Shown piece by piece: positions 41,158 to 53,289 of a stretch of DNA of 64,000 nt. Numbering within the stretch: position 1 is the stretch's first letter; each line of letters opens with the position of its first letter. The position numbers and the translations under genes are program-made. The notes beneath the pieces were generated by a model that saw only the letters and a program-made list of their open reading frames with translations, was not told the DNA's origin and did not search any database. This DNA comes from Octopus vulgaris (lineage: Eukaryota). The stretch lies in assembly GCA_951406725.2 (NCBI GenBank), contig OX597816.1:135966001-136030000 (forward strand), given 5' to 3'.

Positions 41158-41390
41158 AAGGCAAAATACAGCTTAGTGGTTAGGGTGTTGCATTCACAAT
41201 CACAAGATTGGGGTTTCGATTACCACACAGGGCAAAGCATGGTACTCTTGAGCAAAACATTTCATTTCACGCTTTTGTCCAGTGATCACTTCTACATCTG
41301 GCATGTGTCACACCATGCACCAGTACAGGTAATGCCAGTTAAACAAATCAGCTGTGCAGATTGTTTAACAAGATGTTGTCATTCACAATA
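41158..41390 (+). mobile_element. Old tRNA-headed SINE
   Basis: A-box-like CAGCTTAGTGGTTAGG, B-box-like GGTTTCGATTACC, then CTTGAGCAAAACATTTC. Confidence 0.5.
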
Positions 41391-42035
41391 GAAGAGTCCA
41401 CATACTTTCTATTAACTTGAAAACCTCATTTATTACCTAAAATCTAGAACTTTTTTTTTATTACTGGCAATGTCCTTGACACCATTTCAAGGACTATGAA
41501 ACTCATAGACATAGGGAAGAAAGTTATTCACAGATTGGAGAAGAACTGGCCTGAATGCTTACTAAGAGTGAAATCCACTCAAGGTACTGCTCTTCAACAA
41601 TAATAAACTACCATCGTTAATCTGACCAGAATTTTCCAACATATTGCTCCCCAACTGCTGTTGAAGACGCTGTCACCAACCTTTATCCAATTGTCTTCGT
41701 TGTACTTCAAAAGGTACCTCAGCCACTTTCTACGTCTATATATTAATGATCTACATATGAATGAAATCATTCAAAATTTTTCCATTTTTCTTTTCTTTTT
41801 TTTTTTTTGTGATTTGAAATGGAACAACAACAGAACATGATTGTAGTAAAATAATACAAAGTAAATAATAATTTCTTTCATCTAAGTACAATTTAGTAAA
41901 TATTCTTATCTAATTAACTGAATCAATGCTGGCATCAATGGTTATATATTAGATTTTTGGAAGAATTAAGAATATACTTGGTGACAGTGTCACACTTACG
42001 ATTAAAACAACTAGTTTAATAATATATCAATAATA

Positions 42036-42432
42036 ATTCTTTCTGCTATAGGCAAATGACCTGAAATTTTGGGTAGGAAGCGGGGCTAGTCAATTACATC
42101 AATCACAGTACTCAACAGGTACTTATTTTATTGCCCTTGAAAGGATGAAAGACAAAGCTGACTATGGTAGAATTTGAACTCAGAGCTGCAAGAAATACCT
42201 ATTTCTTTACTACCCACAAGGGGCTAAACACAGAGGGGACAAACAAGGACAGACAAACGGATTAAGTCGATTACATCGACCCCAGTGCGTAACTGGTACG
42301 TAATTTATCGACCCCGAAAGGATGAAAGGCAAAGTCAACCTCGGCGGAATTTGAACTCAGAACATAACGGCAGACAAAATACCACTAAGCATTTCGCCCG
42401 GCATGCTAACGATTCTGCCAGCTCGCCACCTT
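42036..42432 (-). mobile_element. SINE family A dimer; the right unit is young (CpGs retained)
   Basis: GTCGATTACATCGACCCC...TATCGACCCCGAAAGG intact; ATATCAATAA direct repeat flanks the whole dimer (42024, 42437). Confidence 0.85.
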
Positions 42433-42506
42433 TACAATATCAATAACAATAATAGTACACATACATAAAGATATATTGTTCAATGTGTTAAAAATTTAAT
42501 ACTTAC

Positions 42507-42623
42507 AGACTTTCATCTGATGACCAAAGCAGATTAGGACCTATCACGATAGCAATATTACTAGCTGTCATTTTATTAGTATCGGAACACTTTGCTAATT
42601 TTGCAAGAAATTTCACTAAATAC
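42507..42623 (-). CDS. ARHGAP17/ARHGAP44-like: RhoGAP gene exon: (R)YLVKFLAKLAKCSDTNKMTASNIAIVIGPNLLWSSDES(L)
   Basis: tttgcag|G...TCT|gtaagt; 117 nt, phase 2->2; NKMxxxNIAIVxGPNL signature. Confidence 0.96.
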
Positions 42624-42834
42624 CTGCAAATATAAGAAATAAAAAAAATATGATTTGGTTCAATTAATCCACATCCACAAAAATATTAATAATATTTTCC
42701 TTAACATTTCCACACATTTTTCTATACTTGTTTGGACTAGCTATATTTTTTTTTAAATTTTGTATTTGTGCTTCAGTAATTAAGAGAGAGATGCTTTTCA
42801 TTAGACTAACCATTTATGAGAAAAACATGTAGAA

Positions 42835-43151
42835 CAGGGGTTCTCAATCATTTTTTACCTATGGACCCCTTTGATTACTATTTTATTTTAGGGGACCCCC
42901 ATAGTTATCAATGTTTACAAACTAGCTTTACAAATACTTCTTTCAAAATTCTTATTTTGTTATTCACACATTAACTTGTGTATGCTGAACTATGTAAAAT
43001 GTTATAGAAAGAAACCTAGCTGCTTCTTGCAATAGACACATTTAAATCAAAACTTTACATGGACACTTAAAATACTACTGTGGATCCTCAATTTACTATT
43101 TTGCTAGTATGGACCGCCAGAGGTCATGTGGACACTAGTTGCAAACCACTG
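42835..43151. mobile_element. hAT (Charlie-like) MITE
   Basis: Termini CAGGGGTTCTCAA / TTGCAAACCACTG; 8-bp TSD ATGTAGAA / ATGTAGAG. Confidence 0.8.
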
Positions 43152-43421
43152 ATGTAGAGTATTAATAACAATTTCTTTCACAGAAGCCTGATCATAGCAC
43201 CTAAGCCTAATAGCTCTTTCAAAAGATATGATGGTTGTGTGATAAAGTTGTTCATCAAATTTTAACTTATAATTTAATTTTGGTTTTTCAACATAAAATT
43301 GTGTTTCTGCTTATCCAAATGCAAACTAAAAGACATAATCCAATGACTATGTAATTAGGTGATGTAGCATAGAGTTACAATTTTGTCATTGTGTCGTATG
43401 ATAGACTACTTAAATCTACTA

Positions 43422-43737
43422 TTGATTTCAAATTTTGGCACAAGGCCAGCAATTTCAAGGCAGGGAGTAAGTCGATTACATCGAACCCAGTGTTCAACTG
43501 ATACTTATTTTATTAACCCTAGCAGCATAAAAGGCAAAGTTGACTTCAGCGGAATTTGAACTCAGAATGTAAAGACAGTAATTTTGAGGCAGGGATTAAG
43601 TCAATTACATCAACCCCAGTGTTCAACTGGTACTTATTGTAACAACCTTGGAAGGATGAAAGGCAAAGTCAACCTCCTCAGAATTTGAACTCAGCAAAAA
43701 TGGATAAAATGAACAATTCTGCCAACTTGCTGCCTTA
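43422..43737 (-). mobile_element. SINE family A dimer
   Basis: Two units flanked by TTAAATCTACTATT / TTGAATCTAATATT. Confidence 0.8.
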
Positions 43738-44216
43738 CTTGAATCTAATATTAAGAACAATATTTTTTTTTTGCTTTTCTCTATCAATTTTGTAATGTAA
43801 GTATAGGTAATATAATTTTTTTTTGTTGTTGAAGCAATTGCTTTCAGAGATGATGCTCTTCTTACCACTAAAAAAAAAGTTAACAAATTATTATGTGGTG
43901 AGAAAAAAATATTAGTAAATATATAATATTTTCATTTATTTCAACATGAATGGGAGTCAACTCTAGATATGTTTTAGCCTTATTATGATGATCTCATCAT
44001 CACAGTACCTGCTGAAGCGGGGTTGAAAATTATCACAGTAAATGTATAAGAATGCCCACTGGTTTCTATAAGAAACTAAAATTGTTTAGAGATTTAGCAA
44101 AGCTGGAGCAAACAGAGTTATGGCACAGCACACAGTTGTAGTAATGTAATTCAAATACTTAAAAGAATAAATTTAATTTGAATATCAATCTAGAAAATAT
44201 AGCAAATATTACACAC

Positions 44217-44291
44217 CTAAAATTGTCATAATTTTCTTTAGGCAATTTATTTACAGTGGCAGTTAAAGCAGCCAGACGCTGGTCTTGTGGT
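44217..44291 (-). CDS. ARHGAP17/ARHGAP44-like: RhoGAP gene exon: (L)PQDQRLAALTATVNKLPKENYDNF(R)
   Basis: atttcag|A...TTTAG|gtgtgt; 75 nt, phase 2->2; LPxxN motif. Confidence 0.93.
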
Positions 44292-45393
44292 CTGAAATGA
44301 GATAATAAAAATATTATATAAAACATAACAATGGACTATCATGTTCTTGTTACTCTCCTTCACAAATAACAATGACTTCATATTTTATTATTGAAATGGA
44401 GAGGACTAGTAAGTTTTCCCAAAGACAAAATGATCTCTCTAGTGCTGGTGCTATGAAAAAATTTATCTGATATGTTCTGTCAAGTGATTAGTGTGACAAA
44501 GGGCATTAAGTCATAGAAACCATGCCAAAAATAGAGTATCAGAGTAAGGTGTGGCCCTCTGGCTTATCTAGGATGGCTGTTGTTCTAAACAAGGTCTGAC
44601 TTGGACCATTATGACCCATGCCAGCATGGAAAATAGACATAACATGATGAAGATGATGATGATGGTGTATCAAATATAAGGGAAATGTCTACTTTAAGTC
44701 TTTTTTACCTCATAATAGCTTGAACTTGGTGAATTTGCAACACCACATAACTGCATATAATTCAACCTTTTCTTCTCTAATTTATGAACCTTAAAGTTTC
44801 GACTGAAATAATTTTTCCCCCCAAGTATTCCAAGGAACTATTTCTGCCATGGCTACCTTCCACTACAAAATGACAGTACAACCTCCCAATACGCACACAT
44901 ACATGAAAACTACATCATCATCATCTTTGTTGTCCTTGTCATCATCATCATCATCATCATCATTACTTTACATTCTTTCTCCATGCTGGCATGGTTTGTA
45001 CAGGTCTTCATGTTCTAAGTTAGTTCTTCTGGGAGCCACTTTTTTGAAAGTCAAGTTGAAGGACTGTACATAACTCTTTTGGCATAGTGGCTGCAGCTGG
45101 ATGCTCTTCCTCACACCAACCACTTTACAGAGTGTACTGAATGCAATTTATCATCACACAGGCACAAGAAAAGTTGTCAGGTCCTCAGCAAGGGAAGACT
45201 AAAGGGTCCTCTCAATCCTATGCTTTCTCCCTATGTTTGTCAGCCATTTTACAGAATACACAGAGTACATTTAATGTAGCACCAACACTAAAGAGGTTCT
45301 CATGTCCTCAAAAACACAGGATTAAAAGGGTCTTTCTCACATAGTGTTTACACTGCTTATATATATATGCGTCTGTACAGGTTCTCTTTATGC

Positions 45394-45431
<38 letters not shown>

Positions 45432-45639
45432 CATACATACACACATACATAGGTTCAGGTGTGGTTGTGAGATAAGAAGCTTGCTTCCCAACCACATGGT
45501 TCTGGGTTCAGTCCCACTCTATGGCATCTTGGGCAAGTGCCTTCTACTACAGCCTCAAGCTGACCAAAGACTTGTGAGTGGATTTGATAGGCAGAAACTG
45601 AAAGAAGCCTGTCATGTATAAATATACATAATATATATA

Positions 45640-45801
45640 TATAGTTCTATATTTAAGAGATGAGGAATTGTGTACATTAATTACATTTGACGGATATTTG
45701 TTTGTTGTTAACACGTTTTGGCTGATATACCCTCCAGCCTTCATCAGGTGTCTTGGGAAAATTTCGAACTTGGGTTCTCATTCCTAAGGTATTTTTTGAT
45801 G

Positions 45802-45835
<34 letters not shown>

Positions 45836-46046
45836 CATCATCACTATTATTATTATTATTCAGGTCACTGCCTGGAATCGAACTCGGGATCTTGGGGTTA
45901 GTAGCTTGCACTCTTAACCACTATGCCATATGCCCACGGGCACATGGTGTAGTGGTTAAGATAAAGGCTGGAGGGTATATCAGCCAAAATGTTGTGTTAA
46001 CAACAAACAAGATGAGGACGAATATCTGTCAAATGTAAATAATGTA
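45640..46046. mobile_element. Head-to-head pair of tRNA-headed elements carrying a hammerhead-like 3' module
   Basis: Minus copy from 45935: GGGCATATGGCATAGTGGTTAAGAG...GAGTTCGATTCCAGG, (AAT)n, then GACAC-CTGATGA-AGGCTG...CAGCC-AAAAC-GTGTT; internally deleted plus copy from 45938. Confidence 0.78.
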
Positions 46047-46201
46047 ATATATATATATATATATACATACATATATATGAAGAGTGTTGTAGTTCACTTG
46101 AAGCATTGTAGTACAGAAGTAGAATAAGAAATTAAAAGGGAAAGAAGTCACTGCATTGTTAGAAGCTTTCCTCATTTTCCTTTTCATTTATCATTTTACT
46201 T

Positions 46202-46239
<38 letters not shown>

Positions 46240-46273
46240 ATAGTATATGAAAAGATGCAAACGTAAGACTTAC

Positions 46274-46358
46274 AATTGAACTGATTGCACAAATTCTGCA
46301 TACAAGTGGAACGTCAAAAGAGGTTCAGGAAGTTCCCTTAAATACTGTTTCAGGGCGC
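46274..46358 (-). CDS. ARHGAP17/ARHGAP44-like: RhoGAP gene exon: (G)ALKQYLRELPEPLLTFHLYAEFVQSVQ(L)
   Basis: acttag|GC...AATT|gtaagt; 85 nt, phase 1->2; LKxYLRELPEPL signature. Confidence 0.96.
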
Positions 46359-46474
46359 CTAAGTAATTAAAAAATAGCAAAAAAATAAAATTATATAAAA
46401 ATTAATATTTGAGGTTAAACAGCAAAAAGACGGTAACATTTAAAATGTTTACTGGACAGAATAATGAAACTTAC

Positions 46475-46538
46475 CTGCTACAGTATGTAAATCATGCTCG
46501 TATTCCTCCATATCTACTATACCAGCATCAAATGATGC
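46475..46538 (-). CDS. ARHGAP17/ARHGAP44-like: RhoGAP gene exon: ASFDAGIVDMEEYEHDLHTVA(G)
   Basis: tttttag|GCA...GCAG|gtaagt; 64 nt, phase 0->1. Confidence 0.94.
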
Positions 46539-46777
46539 CTAAAAAGAAAGAAAATAATACTTCTTCATCAAAATATCCAACACAATTTGAATAAATACAA
46601 AAAATTGATAGAATGTTTCTTTTATTTTACCAACAACTAAAAATATGCAACTTTTCAGTGGAATACAAAAATTTATTTATTTAAATATTTCAGCCTTATC
46701 TCGCATAAGAGAAAAAAAACATTCCACAGAGGTCCTTTTTCAATAACCTTAATGAGAAATAAGAAAGCTAAATGTTG

Positions 46778-47320
46778 ATCATCATCATTATTATTCGACC
46801 GTGGTCGAGACAATGGAATTTACCATGCTATGCCAGACTTCACGGTAAACTGTAAACCAGTACAACCTGTGTCAGTGGGGTAGAAAGGGCTCCTTAGCCG
46901 TAGTGAAGGCAATCTTGTCTAGGGAGATAACCTTACAATAAATCACTCGGTCCGTAGCTTAGAAATACTGGGTTGATGTCCAGTGGGAACAGCTTTGTTT
47001 CATGGAGGAGGAAAGATCTTCTTTAGTACTTGGTTGTACAATGCTTTCCAATGTGTGTAGTAGTGGCGCGCGCACACATTATTAGCCATTTGAAAAGACT
47101 ATGGAATTTACAATTAACTGCACCAGGGTTCCTCTTCCCCAGGGAACCAGACCTAATGGTATACCTGCGGATATAGATCCAGCCCCTGCTTTGCCAGGTC
47201 CTGTCTCTGATCACGTTGCACCTCCAAGGGCATCCATTGACGGTGATGCCCTCAATCTTAACAGACAGGTATCAACTGATGGAGAAGAGTCAGCTCCCAA
47301 CCAAACAACACCAAACAAAC
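46778..47320 (-). mobile_element. Probable short non-autonomous LINE derivative with (GAT)n tail
   Basis: GC-richer island; minus strand ends CTGGCATAGCATGGTAAATTCC...GAATAATAATGATGATGAT; no coding homology recognised. Confidence 0.5.
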
Positions 47321-48354
47321 AAATGTTGATACTTGAGTACTGAGAGCTATTAATGATATATTTGAAGAAATATGAACCAGATTATTTATTCAGTAAAGAA
47401 TTTAGGGTCCAACTAACTCTTCTAAACCTCTTCTCATATAAAAACTTGTAAAGTACCTCTATATGGTCCTGATATGCTACAAATAGCAACCTAATTACCT
47501 TAAAACTACACTTTATCATCTTTACAAAAACCAAAAAAGCCACATTTGATAATGTAGTCCTAGATGCATTGTCTGAAAATAAGATGGTATGGTCATAGTA
47601 GGAATCTAATAATAATTGCTTTCTTTAATTAGAAGTAATCTGGCATTAAACAACAAAAAGCCCAATAGATTTGAAATGTTTGTCATTACTGTTTTAACGT
47701 CAGCTTTTCCATGCTTGCATGGGTTGGGCAAAGTTTAATGTGGCAGATTCTCTACAGCCAAATGTCTTTCCCATCGCCAACCCTCAACTATTTCCAAGTA
47801 AGGTAATATTTTCCCCCTGGCCAGACATGTTTTTACAGAATTTTGAAAATGAATAACTTTGCCTGTATGACAGTGGCACTCATTTACATCTATTGAGCAA
47901 TGTCAAGACAAGGGCACACACACACACAAATATGTGATGGGCTTCTTTCAGATTCCATGTACCAAATCCACTCACAAGGCTTTGGTTGGCCAGGGAATAT
48001 ACTAAGACTTTTGCCCAATGCAACTGAATCTGAAACCATGTGATCGGAAAGTAAACTTCTTAATCACACAGAATTGCATGCACTAAGTTAGAAACTGTCC
48101 TACATTTTACTGTTCATTAGAATAGGAACATATAAAGGAATAAAAAGTTTGCCAGATACTTGTTTCTAATAAACTGACTTTTCAGAAATTCGGAAAATTC
48201 CACCAAAACATTGTCTTTGTATAACAAGGATACCAGAATTAAAGATGTTTAATAGTTCTGAATTTATATATTACCCTGTATAACAAAGTTGTTGTTGTTG
48301 TTGTTTTGTTGTTGTTGTTGCTGTTGTTGTTATTATTATTATTATTTTTTTTTT

Positions 48355-48733
48355 TTTAGTCTTTGGTCAGTAAGTGTTATTTCCTATTTGCTTCAATCTA
48401 GAAATCAAAGGAAATGACTACTATTCCCTTCAAACTTTGCTTTTGTAACCTGGACATCAATGTTTTGAAACTGACCTATTTTCCATTACATTTCAGATAT
48501 ATTCCACATTGAGTTGCTGAAGCAGAAGTTTCTAGAAGTTTTAACAACTTTCAAGAAGTTTCTAAAAGTTTCAAGAATTTCTAGAACATTCTGGCAACAC
48601 AGTTCAGTTTACTTCTAGCTGTCCAAGTGGAGACAAATTTGAGGAACGCAAAGTTTGAAAGGAGTATTAGCCATTTTTCATACTTCCTAGGCATAAGCAA
48701 ATAGGAAATAAGAGTTGCTACCCAAAGACGAAA
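48355..48733. mobile_element. MITE-like element with ~90-bp TIRs and internal AGAAGTTTCT-like tandem repeats
   Basis: TTATTTCCTATTTGCTT...CCCTTCAAACTTTGC / GCAAAGTTTGAAAGG...AAGCAAATAGGAAATAA. Confidence 0.75.
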
Positions 48734-49036
48734 ATCATGTTACACAATGTTATTTTTGTGAAACTGCTAATTTTACCATTGACAGAAATGAGAGACATTA
48801 AAAATTCTAAAGTTATCTATATTTTCTATAAGCAAGTTTGTCAGAACATTAACATCATAGAAACATGTTGCACACACATCTTATAGCTAATTTTTCACAA
48901 GCTTTGGATTTATGTTTTTTGCTGTACAACAAAACTAATTTAAAAAAAAGATTATTAGTTTAAATATATTATCAAGTAATTTTTTAACATATGTAATTAT
49001 TATCTGAATATATGAAGTAATGTTTTAGGAGTTTAC

Positions 49037-49084
49037 CTTCAATTTTTTTACTTTTGAAGCCATTCCTGCTATTCTAAATAAACC
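49037..49084 (-). CDS. ARHGAP17/ARHGAP44-like: RhoGAP gene exon with catalytic arginine finger: GLFRIAGMASKVKKLK
   Basis: gtttcag|GGT...AAG|gtaaac; 48 nt, phase 0->0; completes the EGLFR motif. Confidence 0.95.
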
Positions 49085-49985
49085 CTGAAACAAACAAAAA
49101 TGTTTAAAATGTTAATGTCAAAAAAAAAAAAATTTTTTAAATAAAAATCACAAAGAAATCTTCTAATTCTACATTCATTATTTTAAAATCACCATCATCA
49201 TCACCATCCTCACCATCTTTGTAACTCATTCATCCATTTTCCATGCTGGTATGAGCTGAGCAGATCATCAATTCTTCAATGTTATCAATGTCTGAAATTG
49301 ATCAGAGAACTATGATTCCCTTGCACTTTCCATTTTAGCACAGTTTACATGGCTTGATGCCTTTCCTAACATCAACCACTTTACAGAGTTAAAGTATTTC
49401 GGCTTTTATTTAACTGAAACAGTCAGTATCTGATCTCATAGAAGAAAATATGTGAAAAGGGAAACTTATTACACCAACCACCTTAAGCAAAATTCAAACT
49501 TGAAAATTTTTAATTATCTCCCCCTGATAAACACACAGCTTACTGTGTGGGGACCGGCATGCCAAAGAATAAGCCCAATTCCTCTGTGTGTCATAAAATA
49601 CAACTAAAAAAGGTTAAGTTAGGATTTACACTTTGATCTCATAAAACCCTCACCAGTGGCTACTACCTAAACAAACCCATGAATCAGAAGGTTGTCCCTT
49701 GGCATTGCATGATAGTTGTAAACAAATATCATCATCGTGCAAGCAATGTCTCATTTCCAATCTGTAAAAATACATCTGGGCATGGGGAAATATCACCTTG
49801 TTTGAAAACAGGTGAAAGTAGGTGACAGGAAGGGCATCCAACTGTACAAAATCCACCTCAACAAATTGCATCCAAGTCATGCAAGCAAGGAAAAGTGGAC
49901 ATTGAAATGATGATGAAAGTGATGATGATACCAGTTTTACTTAGTTTTAGTTTGGAAGAAAAGAAAAAATAAATAAAAGTCCTAC

Positions 49986-50113
49986 CTCCTCCTCTAAGCC
50001 TGTATCTACTAAAGTACAGACACAGGCTTCAGTGACTAAGGCAATATTTCGTCCAGTAACTTTTAAATGGTCCAACAGACAGACACCATAGACAGGTTTC
50101 ACAGGATTAGTGT
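49986..50113 (-). CDS. ARHGAP17/ARHGAP44-like: RhoGAP gene exon (start of GAP): (D)TNPVKPVYGVCLLDHLKVTGRNIALVTEACVCTLVDTGLEEE
   Basis: ccacag|AC...GAG|gtagga; 128 nt, phase 1->0; lies inside ORF 49947..50141. Confidence 0.95.
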
Positions 50114-50316
50114 CTGTGGAGAAAACAAAATTTGAAAACAAAAGTAGTTGAACAAGGTGTAAACAAGTATTTCATAAATCTGAAATATTTCACAAATTAG
50201 TTTATCATTTCTCTCTTCTGAATATTACAAAGCATACAGCGAGGCAATGTGTTGAATAAAATTTCATCAAATGAAAAGTATATATTTAAATGACATTTAA
50301 ATTATTACTAGTAATA

Positions 50317-50700
50317 ATTCTCTCTTATTTTAGAAAGAGACCTGTAATTTTAGGGAGAAGAAGTAAATGAATTGCAATGACACCAATACTTAACTGGTAT
50401 TTATTTAACAAACTCTGAAAGGATGAGAAAGAAGTAAAGTTGACCTCAGCAGAATTTGAAGTCAGAATTTAGTCGGAAGAAATGATGCTAAGCATTTTGT
50501 CCAACAAGCTGCCAATTCTGCCAGTTCACTGCTTGAATAAAAATAATAATCCTTTCTAGGCACAATGCCTGAAATTTGGCAGAAGGTAGGGGTAGTTTAT
50601 TATATCGACTCTAACGTTCAACTGGTACATATTTTATCAACTCCCAAAAGGATGAAAGATCAAGGCAACCTGAACGGAATATGAATTGAGAATGTAAAAC
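50317..50700 (-). mobile_element. Two degenerate SINE family A copies
   Basis: AACTGGTA...AAAGGATGA...AATTTGAAGTCAGAA...CTAAGCATTTTG...TTCTGCCAGTTCACTGC. Confidence 0.72.
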
Positions 50701-51988
50701 TTAGGTGAGATGCAATCGAAGTTTATGCCAAGAGAGGATACCACCAACACTCTCTACCTAGTGAAATAACTACAGTAGACATTCTGAACTAAGGGCAAGC
50801 CACTATACCTAGCATTCATTGACCTTGAGAAGGCCTTAGACAGGCTTCTACATCATTTGGTGGTCTCCATGAAAAGTAGGTGTAAATGAATGGCATTTGA
50901 GAGATGACCAAATGATATACAGAGATGTTGTAGGCAAGATGGCAATTAACAATGAGTTCAGCAAGCAAGTTAGTATGCAGGTAAGACTCCTCATATTTAT
51001 TTCCAGACCCTTCATATTTATTCTAGTTCCCTGCATCAGTAGGAACTCCTGCAGACCAATGATCTAGTTCTTATAGCTGTCACACTTGAAGAATTAGAGA
51101 AGAAATTCCAAACATTGATGCAAGGCTTAGAATCAAAAAGCCTAAAATAAACACAGCAAAGAAAAAAAGTTTTAGTAATCAGAAAAGAATACAAGACTAC
51201 TCTACTGCTGTCAAGGATGGTAGCTACATTAAATATGCAGAAAAATAAGCAGGTAGAAACTCTGTACTCTGTATCAAAAGTAAACTGGGGGTGTACAAGA
51301 GACACAGTAGAATGAAGGCCGGACAGGACTTTATATCTAATAGATGCACAGAACTAGTAGCAGTAAGATTACCAAAGAAATAATATTTTTCAAATGCTCA
51401 AAAAGCTCTCTTAGAATTAGTTGTCAGCTTCCATTGTCTAGGAAATCTAATTAGCAGTGATAGTGAATGTTGTGAAAGCATAAAAGCCAGACTAAGAAAA
51501 GGGTGGAAAAAAGTTTTAAAAAGCATTCACTTTGTGTGTGAAGGGCAGATTGTATGATGATCATGTACCAAGTGCAATGTTGCATGGTAGTAAAACATGG
51601 GAACTGAATGTGGAGAAAGTGCAAAGGCTAAAAAGAAATGAAATGAGCATGCTCTATTGGATAGGTAACGATACTATACATGAACAGTAGAGCACAAATG
51701 ATCTGAGAAAAATACCTTATACAAAAAAAAATCAAATGCAGCATTGAAGAGAGATGACTGTGCTGGTATAGAAATGTGATGCATATGGGAGATAGTAGCG
51801 TAAAAGAAGTGCCAAGAGACAATGTAAAAGAGTCATGTGGAAGAAATAGGAAGAAGTGGTGAAGATAATTCTCAAGAGGCTGAACTTCACAAAGGAGATT
51901 GCAAATAAATGGCAAGACACTTTGTTAGCAGACCAGTTAAACCTGTGCTAACATGGAAAACCAGACATAAAAACACTGATGATGATGA
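50700..51988 (+). mobile_element. Highly degenerate RTE-clade LINE
   Basis: Remnants YLAFIDLEKALDR, EELEKKFQ, LYDDHVPSAMLHGSKTW; ends CATGGAAAACCAGACAT...GATGATGATGA. Confidence 0.78.
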
Positions 51989-52379
51989 GTGTGTGTAAAT
52001 GTGTGTGGATTGGTTAGGTCCAATAAAAACACCTTGTTATATCCCTTCTCACCAAAAGTAAACCAAGCCATTTGATAAATAGAAAGCAATACAATAAGTA
52101 CTAGACAAGGTACTAGGGTTTAATATAACTAAAGTCCTTGAAGGTGGTACCTCAACAAGGTCACAGGTCAAAAACTGAGATCAGTAAAAGAATAAAAGAA
52201 AAAACAGCTTCTAACAAACATAATTATTGCAACAAACATAATTATTGCAACTGGAAAACTTAAAAGCACAGCAAGAATGAGTCTTTGAAATTATACAACT
52301 CAGTGATAGAAATAAAGAAAATGTTTATTGATTAATATCATGCCTGCATGTTCCACATTATTAATAATTATAACAAGTA

Positions 52380-52760
52380 CAGGTATAGTAATGTGATTTG
52401 TGTGGTTAAGAAGCTAGTTTTGCAAATATGAGGTTTTGGGGTTCTGTCCCACATACTGCACCCAGGCCAACTAAAGCCTTGTGAGTGAATTTGATCAATG
52501 GAAGTGATGTGGAAACCTGTCAAAGTATGTGTCTTTCTTAGCACCCCATCACTACCATCTCACCCCACCACTTAACATCCAGTGTTAGTTTGTTTACATC
52601 CCTGTGCCTAAGTGGTTTGAAAAAAGGAGACTGATAGGATAAGTACCAGCCTTTAAAAAAATTAATACTAGGATCAATTTGTTCAACTAAAACCCTTCAA
52701 GGTGGTCTCCCAGCATGACCACAACCTATTGACTGAAACAAGTAAAAGATAAGATAAAAG
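52380..52760 (+). mobile_element. SINE family B (long form)
   Basis: AAAGCCTTGTGAGTGAATTTG...GATAAGTACCAG...CCCAGCATGACCACA...GACTGAAACAAGTAAAAG. Confidence 0.72.
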
Positions 52761-53289
52761 ATCCAGTTGAGAATGTCCCTTAGTGGTTGACAATATGTGC
52801 ATCTTTGATCATGAGAAGGAGTAGTGGGGAAGCATCATAGCCATGTGTTGAGCTTTGGGGTTTGAATAATTCATTTCTGGAAACATGAGTGTTCCTTTTG
52901 AACTGGATGGGCTACTTGAAGAAAATTCTAACAGAGCAAGGTCATGTGCTGTTTATCTCGATATGAGATCACTGTCACACACACATGGTCATGATGCATG
53001 TGCCTAGTGTATACCCTTCTCAGATGGGTATATTGGGCTTCATATATTTGTACCCCAGTGTCACTTTGATGGCATGCGCTGCTCTTTCACTCAATAATAA
53101 TAATGAGGTGTGTTTTTAGGTTACTACCAACAAGTATTTTTATAGAGACACCATCTTTATCAAGGTAGTCCATGAAGGCGGAAGGGGCTTAGCTCCCCTG
53201 GTTTTGAACTCAGAGTGGTCCTTCTCCTAGGCTGCTTGGCAACCAAGGCTAACGAGTACAGATCAACTAGGGGAGGAAGACATTTAACA

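Noticed and set aside
45860-45935. Functional tRNA gene
   Set aside because: A and B boxes are present, but it runs into (AAT)n and a repeat body and is duplicated in inverted form; treated as an element head.
47101-47343. 80-aa Pro-rich plus ORF as a nested gene
   Set aside because: Lies in a GC-richer repeat-like island with a (GAT)n tail on the opposite strand; no recognisable homology.
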